A DNA stretch of 40,174 nucleotides from a virus. Taxonomy: Duplodnaviria > Caudoviricetes. Each line of letters begins with the position of its first letter. Within the stretch, counting starts at the first letter, position 1. Positions 8,547 through 15,700 of the stretch are shown here, in pieces. The position numbers were made by a program, and so were the translations under genes. The stretch lies in the IMG/VR virus record IMGVR_UViG_3300044724_001207, positions 1-40,174 of that record. One strand, written 5' to 3'. Under the pieces are notes generated by a model, which saw nothing but the letters and a program-made list of their open reading frames with translations, searched no databases and was not told the DNA's origin.

Positions 8547-8750
8547 ATGATTATTACCAACATAAAGTCTATCATAGACAGGCAACAAGAAAAGGGTCTC
8601 AAGAAGTACGGCAAGACCGTTGACCAAGCAGACCTATCCATCGAAGAATGGATTGAACACACCCAAGAAGAAATAGCTGATGCGTTGATATACCTAGAGT
8701 GTATCAAGCAGAAGATGATTGATAAGGGCCAACCTCCTGTAAGTCTCTAG
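8547..8750 (+). CDS. MazG-like all-alpha NTP pyrophosphohydrolase-like small protein
   Basis: GLKKYG.T.D..DL..EEWIEHTQEEIADALIY (EExxD motif). The last ~7 codons come from the tail-gene relic. Confidence 0.6.
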   Translation: MIITNIKSIIDRQQEKGLKKYGKTVDQADLSIEEWIEHTQEEIADALIYLECIKQKMIDKGQPPVSL

Positions 8751-8880
8751 GAACCTTATTTATGTTGTCAGAAAACAATGTTATATAAGCCTCATCTGTA
8801 ACCGTAGTGTAAGTTGTTGGGCCAAAAGAAAGTCAGATAAACTTATTGATATACTACTGTAGGGTGGTGTGTCTACTATT
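8726..8880 (-). pseudogene. relic fragment of a homologue of the 1237-aa tail/muzzle gene
   Basis: 8726-8800 aligns ungapped to 27579-27653 at 61/75 nt. The minus strand reads TDEAYITLFSDNINKVPRDLQEVGP vs TDQAHITLFSDNINKVPRDLQEVGP. Similarity plausibly extends to ~8880 through a 1-nt frameshift. Confidence 0.85.
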
Positions 8881-8901
8881 AATAAATTAAATATAAATAA
8901 A

Positions 8902-9147
8902 ATGAAATTACACGAGTTATTAAAAGTGCAAGAAAAAGTTAAAGAGCTTGAAACCGTACCTTTAGAGATAGCATATAAAGAGTATATAGAGTTACTCAAG
9001 ACTTACCAGGAAAGTGTGTTTACCTTTCACATGAATGATGGACAAAGAATTTTAAAAAGTGATTCTAAAAGCAATCAGGAAGAAATGAAAGAGTTTTTTA
9101 AAAATTTTCCACCAGAAGGATGCAAGTCAATTGAGTTTCATAAGTGA
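8902..9147 (+). CDS. hypothetical protein (81 aa from ATG 8902)
   Basis: ATG after an A-rich leader is preferred to the GTG at 8869; GTGA overlap with the next gene. Confidence 0.65.
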   Translation: MKLHELLKVQEKVKELETVPLEIAYKEYIELLKTYQESVFTFHMNDGQRILKSDSKSNQEEMKEFFKNFPPEGCKSIEFHK

Positions 9148-9620
9148 TTCGTAAGAGGAGGAGAAGTAAGAAGAGGGGGCCAGTAAGGGCTAGGAGTGTC
9201 ACACACGATGGTATTAAGTTCGCATCTGGTCTTGAGAAGCATATGTATATGGCCTTAAAAAAGGCTAGGATAAAGGCTGCTTACGAGGGAGAGACCTTTA
9301 CACTGATAGATGGTTTTATGTTTGAGAGTTCCTCTTACGAAAGACAGGCCAACGGCAAGAGGGATATGATAGATAGGGGAAATAAAAAAATCCTCCCGAT
9401 AAAATATACACCAGACTTTATTGGTGATGACTTTATAATAGAGTGTAAGGGTAGGGCTAACGAGTCATTCCCAATGAGGTGGAAGTTGTTCAAGCGGTAT
9501 GTAAATGAACACTTGAAAGGGGTGACCCTATACAAACCTCAGAATCAGAAAGAATGTGAAGTAGTAATTAATTTAATAAAAGAAAAAAGAAAATGCAAGA
9601 CAAAACAGGCTGGGAATTAA
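9144..9620 (+). CDS. T7 endonuclease I-like Holliday junction resolvase
   Basis: FASGLE...YE...KYTPDF...IIECKG PD-(D/E)XK pattern; basic N-terminus. Confidence 0.75.
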   Translation: MIRKRRRSKKRGPVRARSVTHDGIKFASGLEKHMYMALKKARIKAAYEGETFTLIDGFMFESSSYERQANGKRDMIDRGNKKILPIKYTPDFIGDDFIIECKGRANESFPMRWKLFKRYVNEHLKGVTLYKPQNQKECEVVINLIKEKRKCKTKQAGN

Positions 9621-9766
9621 GTATTGGACTATACCCTGGAATATTATTTGGGTTTAGAAGCTACGCATCTGAGGGTGTTGATAGCGATGGTGATGAGTAC
9701 ACACAGACAATACATGTAGTGTATGTACCATTTATAGATGTATCACTAAGTATATATAGATATTAA
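9593..9766 (+). CDS. small hypothetical protein (57 aa, MQDKTGWELSIGLYPGILFGFRSY...YVPFIDVSLSIYRY), not in the ORF track
   Basis: Translated by hand; ends 1 nt before the nrdB start. Confidence 0.65.
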   Translation: MQDKTGWELSIGLYPGILFGFRSYASEGVDSDGDEYTQTIHVVYVPFIDVSLSIYRY

Positions 9767-9767
9767 C

Positions 9768-10727
9768 ATGGGACTATTTGATAAGAGAATAGAGTACAAA
9801 CCTTTTGAGTACCCTGAATACTACACGGATGGTTGGTTGAAACAAGCGCAAGCTTTTTGGCTACACACCGAGATAAGTATGTCTGGCGATGTAAAGGATT
9901 GGAACGAGAAACTTACTGCCTCTGAAAAGAATTTGGTTGGTAATATACTACTAGGGTTCGCACAAACTGAATGTGCTGTATCTGATTATTGGACACAGAA
10001 GGTTGTGTCTTGGTTTCCAAAACACGAAATACAACAAATGGCTATGATGTTTGGGTCACAGGAAACCATCCACGCTGTAGCCTACTCATACTTAAACGAA
10101 ACATTAGGATTAAATGACTTTAAAGGATTTCTGCACGAAAGTGCTACTGCCAACCGTTTTAACAACCTCATGGATGTGGATAGCTCTAGTCATACTGACA
10201 TGGCTAAATCACTCGCAATATTTAGTGCCTTTGCCGAAGGTGTTAGCTTATACTCTGCTTTTGCCGTTCTGTATAGTTTTCAGCTACGAAATTTACTTAA
10301 AGGTATCGGGCAACAAATGAAGTGGAGTGTTCGAGACGAATCGCTTCATAGTAAGATGGGTTGTAGATTATTCAACCAAATGTGTAAGGAGGATGACAGT
10401 CTAAGACCTTTGGTTAAGGACGATGTGATTAACGCAGCGACCATGATGATGGAACTCGAACATAAATACATCGACAAGATGTTTGAGATGGGTGACCTAG
10501 AAAACCTAAAGGCATACGATTTAAAGCAGTTTATAATAAAGAGAACAAATGAAAAAATTAAAGAGCTTGGGTACGAAAAGTCTTTTGAATACGATGAGGA
10601 ATCTGCGTCTAATCTTGATTGGTTTTATCATCTTACAGGTGGTCATACCCACACTGATTTCTTTTCGGTACGCCCGACAGACTATAGTAAAGCGAATGAA
10701 GGAGAAGACTTTGCGGATATTTGGTAA
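9768..10727 (+). CDS. nrdB: class I ribonucleotide reductase beta subunit
   Basis: FWLHTEI, ETIHAVAYS (radical-site Tyr retained), EGVSLYSAF, DESLH and C-terminal HTDFF. Confidence 0.95.
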   Translation: MGLFDKRIEYKPFEYPEYYTDGWLKQAQAFWLHTEISMSGDVKDWNEKLTASEKNLVGNILLGFAQTECAVSDYWTQKVVSWFPKHEIQQMAMMFGSQETIHAVAYSYLNETLGLNDFKGFLHESATANRFNNLMDVDSSSHTDMAKSLAIFSAFAEGVSLYSAFAVLYSFQLRNLLKGIGQQMKWSVRDESLHSKMGCRLFNQMCKEDDSLRPLVKDDVINAATMMMELEHKYIDKMFEMGDLENLKAYDLKQFIIKRTNEKIKELGYEKSFEYDEESASNLDWFYHLTGGHTHTDFFSVRPTDYSKANEGEDFADIW

Positions 10728-10745
10728 ATAATTAAATTAAATACA

Positions 10746-10976
10746 ATGAAAGAAAGTACACTGATAGAAATGCAAAAGAAGGTTGAGTCACTTACTCGTG
10801 TCATGCAGCATGTATTAACAGAGAACAACAGGCTCACTGAGATGTCTGTTGGTACACTTGAGTTAATCAAGATGATGCCAGACTACGATAAGGCATTGGA
10901 GGACCTAAAAGAAAAAAACCTAGAACAAATCAAAAAAGAAAAAGAAGATGTCAAGTCACAGGTGGGTGAAGGGTAA
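10746..10976 (+). CDS. hypothetical coiled-coil protein (76 aa) between the RNR subunits
   Basis: Co-oriented; overlaps the nrdA start. Confidence 0.7.
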   Translation: MKESTLIEMQKKVESLTRVMQHVLTENNRLTEMSVGTLELIKMMPDYDKALEDLKEKNLEQIKKEKEDVKSQVGEG

Positions 10977-12669
10977 GGACTACCCGAATTGGGCTGAGTC
11001 AGACGTATATAAGAAAACAATAGCTGGTGGATACCTCATTAACGATGAGACACCAAGGGATGCTTACTGGAGGGTGGCTAATACTGTTGCCGCACATTTA
11101 GAGCGTCCTGAGATGGCTGAAAGATTCTTTGAGTACATATGGAAAGGTTGGCTTTGTTTAGCGTCCCCTGTACTCTCTAACACAGGCACAAACAGGGGTC
11201 TACCAATCAGTTGTTTTGGTATTGATGTCGCTGACTCTATAGCTGACATTGGCGGCAAGAACCTAGAGATGATGCTACTCGCCAAACACGGTGGTGGTGT
11301 CGGTGTTGGTATAAACCAGATACGACCTGCTGGTGCTAGTATAAAAGGTAACGGGACATCTGATGGTGTTGTACCGTTCTGTAAGATATACGACTCTAGT
11401 ATACTGGCCACCAATCAAGGGGCTGTTAGACGGGGTGCTGCAAGTGTTAACCTAAACATCGAACACGAAGACTTTGAGGACTGGCTAGAGATTAGGGAGC
11501 CAAGGGGTGACGTTAATCGGCAGTCACTTAACCTTCATCAGTGCGCTGTTGTTGGGGATAAGTTTATGCGTAAACTCCTTGACGGTGACACTGAGGCTAG
11601 AAGCAAGTGGGGTAAGCTATTACAGAAGCGTAAGGCCACAGGTGAGCCGTACATAATGTTCAAGGGTAATGTAAACAAGCAGAACCCAGAGCAGTACAAG
11701 AGGCTTGGTTTGAAGGTACACATGACAAACATTTGCTCTGAGATTACTTTACACACCGATGAGAGCCACAGCTTTGTGTGCTGCCTATCAAGTTTAAACC
11801 TAGCTAAGTATGATGAATGGAAAGACACTAACCTTATATATGATGCGACATGGTTCCTTGATGGGGTACTTGAGGAGTTTATACAGAAGGCGAAAGGAAA
11901 GATTGGATTTGAAAACTCCGTCCGTTCTGCTGAGAAGGGACGTGCCTTGGGACTGGGAGTTCTCGGATGGCATACTTACCTTCAGGAGAAGGGACTACCT
12001 TTCGAGGGTTTACTATCGCAGTACGAGACTCGTAGAATATTTAGCCAAATCAAGATTGAAACAGAGAGAGCTTCTATGGCTCTTGCAGAGGCTTTCGGTG
12101 AGCCGCTTTGGTGCGTTGGTACAGGAATGCGGAACACCCACCTTCGTGCTGTTGCTCCCACTGTATCTAACTCGAAACTTAGTGGTAATGTTAGTCCTGG
12201 CATCGAGCCTTGGGCGGCCAATGTCTTTACAGAGCAGTCACTCAAGGGTACGTTTATTAGAAAGAATCCTAGTCTAGAGAAGGTGCTGAAGCAAAACGAC
12301 TTAAACAACGATAAGGTGTGGGGCAAGATTCTTGAGGACGGTGGCTCTGTTCAGGGGGTGAAGGAGTTGGACGATGTCTTACTTGGCAAGCATAAGATTC
12401 CAGCCAAGGAGGTGTTCAAGACGTTCAAGGAGATTAATCAACTAGAGGTTGTGAACCAAGCTGGTATACGTCAGCAGTACATAGACCAAGGTGTTAGTCT
12501 TAACCTAGCGTTCCCATCAACGGTTGACCCTAAGTTTATTAACAGGGTTCACCTTGACGCATGGAAGAAGGGTATAAAGACCCTGTACTATGTGAGAACT
12601 GAGTCTGTACTTAGGGGTGATATTGCAGCGAGTGCTACAGATGAAAACTGTATAAGCTGCGATGGATAA
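10948..12669 (+). CDS. nrdA: class I ribonucleotide reductase alpha subunit (no ATP cone)
   Basis: ASPVLSN, ISCF, GGGVG, NICSE (N-C-E catalytic triad), CCLSS, APTVSNS, DQGVSLNL, KTLYY and C-terminal CISC. Confidence 0.95.
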   Translation: MSSHRWVKGKDYPNWAESDVYKKTIAGGYLINDETPRDAYWRVANTVAAHLERPEMAERFFEYIWKGWLCLASPVLSNTGTNRGLPISCFGIDVADSIADIGGKNLEMMLLAKHGGGVGVGINQIRPAGASIKGNGTSDGVVPFCKIYDSSILATNQGAVRRGAASVNLNIEHEDFEDWLEIREPRGDVNRQSLNLHQCAVVGDKFMRKLLDGDTEARSKWGKLLQKRKATGEPYIMFKGNVNKQNPEQYKRLGLKVHMTNICSEITLHTDESHSFVCCLSSLNLAKYDEWKDTNLIYDATWFLDGVLEEFIQKAKGKIGFENSVRSAEKGRALGLGVLGWHTYLQEKGLPFEGLLSQYETRRIFSQIKIETERASMALAEAFGEPLWCVGTGMRNTHLRAVAPTVSNSKLSGNVSPGIEPWAANVFTEQSLKGTFIRKNPSLEKVLKQNDLNNDKVWGKILEDGGSVQGVKELDDVLLGKHKIPAKEVFKTFKEINQLEVVNQAGIRQQYIDQGVSLNLAFPSTVDPKFINRVHLDAWKKGIKTLYYVRTESVLRGDIAASATDENCISCDG

Positions 12670-12679
12670 ATAATTATGC

Positions 12680-12718
12680 TATACGCATATGCATGTATGA
12701 CATATGTGTATATATTTG
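12680..12718 (+). promoter_or_regulatory. operator-like inverted repeat overlapping a TAnnTTTG promoter box
   Basis: TATACGCATATG (12680-12691) / CATATGTGTATA (12701-12712) match at 11/12 with a 9-nt spacer; TATATTTG at 12711-12718. Confidence 0.5.
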
Positions 12719-12742
12719 TGATTGATTTGTGATTGGTTTAGG

Positions 12743-12783
12743 AGGGGGTGTTGTGTTCATATCATAAGACACCCCCTTTTTTT
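12743..12783 (+). terminator. intrinsic terminator at the convergence of the early and late modules
   Basis: AGGGGGTGTT / GACACCCCCT stem followed by T7. Confidence 0.85.
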
Positions 12784-12785
12784 AG

Positions 12786-15700
12786 TTAAAAATCCACATT
12801 TGTTTCAAAATCAGTGTCAATATCCACATTTGTATCTATATCATCAAAATCACCATCTTGCAACATATCATCAAGTGTTCGTTCAAGTGGTGCGGCACTG
12901 CCGCTTGATTCAGCTGGTCTGTAGGATGGAGATATTCCGATAAGTTCCATTACTGTTTTAGCATCAAAACCTTCATCGGTTACAAACCCATTATATACAG
13001 CTACTATAGGGTCTACGTTTGCTTTAATCATAATACTTGTTATGACTTTTGATGCCTCTAATGTAACTTCTTCGCTGTTTAATGCTTTTATGAATTTATT
13101 TACAAAATCTTTATACGGGTTTAACCCACCTGAATATGTTCTTTGGCCCGTTACTGTATTATATCCCAATTCAGCAGCCTCCCCAATAAGTGGGATATTA
13201 AACAGAAGGTTTAGTCCAGTAAGAGCCTTAACCATTTCATTCATTACCTCCTCACGGTCATCCTCGTCACCCTTTATTATTTTAGCTATGTTAGACGCAG
13301 CAACAAATAGACCGTTAGCTATAGACATGTTTAAAGCTAGTTTTCTAATATCTTTAGCTTTTACCTTTTCACCTTTTTTCATGCCTCTCATTATGTTAGT
13401 AAAGGCCTGAGAAACATTATTGATTTGAAGAAATATTGTGCTGCCAAACATAGAAAACGTCCTAATTAATCCGTTGTTGTTTTGACTAATCGGAGATGTC
13501 TCAGTATTTCTTCTACTCTGCTGTGTTGCGTTGTAGTTGTTTAGTTGTTCAACCGCCTCAGCCTTTGGCATTCCGTTTCTTATGTTTCTGTTATAATTAA
13601 TCATATACCCTAAAACACCTAAAACATCACCAATAACGGTTGGGGCAACTGTCAATGTCCTCCAGCCTCTTTTTATAGCTTTTAGTTTATTGTTGTTTTG
13701 ACTAACTAATTTGTATTGGTTTCTTCCGCTTTCTAACCCATAAACATCACCGTCTAATCCCCTTCTAAGTCTATCTCGAAATGTTGCAGACACACCCCAT
13801 GCCTTTTTAATTTGAAGTGGAAACGTAGCGTATGTATACGCACCATCTAACATAAACATCATTAGGTCTAGACCAGGTATTTTTTTCTTTCCCTTTCCTC
13901 TAAAACTATAGTCTTCAAACGCTTGCACAAACGATGAAGCTTGCTTTAATATTTGTATAGCTTTAAGGCCTAGAGCTACGCCTACAAACCTGCTAAACCA
14001 CCTATTAGCTTGAGCTTTTACTTGATAAGGAGTGGTGCCATTAATAGCATAGTTTATGTTAGCTTGCATTAAATCTTTTAATCCCGTTTCTTTAAGTAAA
14101 GCTGCAACAGCTTTATTTTTAAATATTGCGTTTATATTTTTTACTGTTACAGCGTGGGCCTTGTAGTTTTCCATCGAGTCAAAGTATGCATCCAACGCAA
14201 CGTCAAAAGATTGATTTATCAATATCGGTGATGACATGTCAACTCTCTTATTAAGTGCGGATTCATTTTCTGCTGTGAATTGCTTTGAAAAATCTACACC
14301 TTTCTCCGAAACCTCTGTAGTCCCATCCATGACGGACCTTGTTGGAAAATAGTTCTCTACATAATTCAAATTAACATCGTTAGTCTGAGAGTAAACGGAA
14401 TTAATCGACTCAAAATAATCATTACTAAGGTAGTCCACTGTAGCATCAACCATAGCAACAGCGTCCTTACCTATGTGCGCTATAATTTGGCTTATCGTTT
14501 CTTTTCCTATACCCATAGCTTCAAGCTTCGCTCTTTGAACAGGGTTTTTAGACAAAGCATATAACCTCATCGCTTGTTGCGTTGTTAGCATTGTTTCGTT
14601 TTCCCCTAAAAAACCTTCCTTATCTCTGATTTTACCTATGTTTAATTCTTTTTTATTTAATTTGTTTTTAAATTGACGATACGCTGGGTTTAGTGGAGTT
14701 CCTTTAATGCCATCAAAAGTTTCCGCTATAGAATTTAAAAAATCCATTTGGTTTTCAAAGCCCTGTAGCTTTACCTCGTTAGCGTTATTAAGAGCATCAT
14801 AAATATTTTTAGTTAAAAAATTACCACCTCTATCAAGTATATTTGTTAATGTACCTAGGTGATAGATATAATTTCTTAATCCCCAATCCATAGGGTTTTT
14901 TCTAAACTCCATAAGTCTTTTTGTGAGTTTAGCTATAGAACTAAAAACCTTACCTTTCTTAAATTCATTAGTAATAGCCTTTTTGTCTGAGTTACGCTCG
15001 TTTTCGTCCTTTAATACTTTTTTAGTTGTGCCGTCTTTATTTTCTATTGTTTTAAATAACGATGGAAACCCTTTTTCAATTTGACGAGTTCCTTCAGAGT
15101 TTAGTTCTGCGTTTGCTAATGTTCGTGCCTGTCTTCTTGACTTTAATTGTAATGCACTAAATTTTCTAACATCGTTCACACTTTCAAGCATTGTCTCAAG
15201 AGCCTCAACCTCCATGTTCATTATGTTTCCAAAGGTGTCTAGAGCATACGCTTGGTTTAATAATGTTTTTTCTTTCTGAGTTAGACTCTCTTTGTTGTTT
15301 TCTTTTACTATAGCTCCTTCTATTATTTCTAATACCTCTGGCTCGTTAAGTTTCTGTCTAATGTTATCCACAGTACCGTTTTTAACCGCCTCTAATATCT
15401 TTTGTGCCTGAGCAAAAAACACTTGACCTTCTTGTTCAGTTACACCTGCCTTTACTTTACCAGCAGCACTACCAGAACCCCTTTTCTTTTTCGCTCCCTT
15501 CTTTACTCTAGATATTATTTTAGATATAGTTTTATTCTTCTTTTTATCTCTCTGCTTTTCTACGACCTCTAGTGCCTTTTGAGCTGAAATCTGAAAGTCA
15601 GCTATAGCTTTTTCGTTGAAAGTTATTGAGTCGATGTCAACCACCGTTCTTATCAGTTTATTGATATCCGCTTGACTGTAATTATCAGACTTTATTAGAC

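Noticed and set aside
8726-8800. Repeat pair 8726-8800 / 27579-27653 as a diversity-generating retroelement TR/VR
   Set aside because: Mismatches are not adenine-specific on either strand and are mostly synonymous; the target is mid-gene; no reverse transcriptase is present in the window.
9768-12669. Intron or intein interrupting the RNR genes
   Set aside because: Both subunits are contiguous and compact with all motifs; the 76-aa spacer ORF has no homing-endonuclease motif.
12680-12715. Z-DNA-forming alternating purine/pyrimidine tract
   Set aside because: Mostly AT/TA steps with a single CG; better explained by the inverted repeat.
12786-12870. DFDDID / DIDTD near the C-terminus of the 2978-aa protein as an RNA polymerase DxDxD catalytic motif
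   Set aside because: It lies in the last ~25 residues within an acidic, internally repeated tail (TNVD twice, 30-nt period), with no surrounding barrel context.
12722-12943. 73-aa + strand ORF at the junction
   Set aside because: TTG start, runs through the terminator and antisense into the giant gene; implausible composition.
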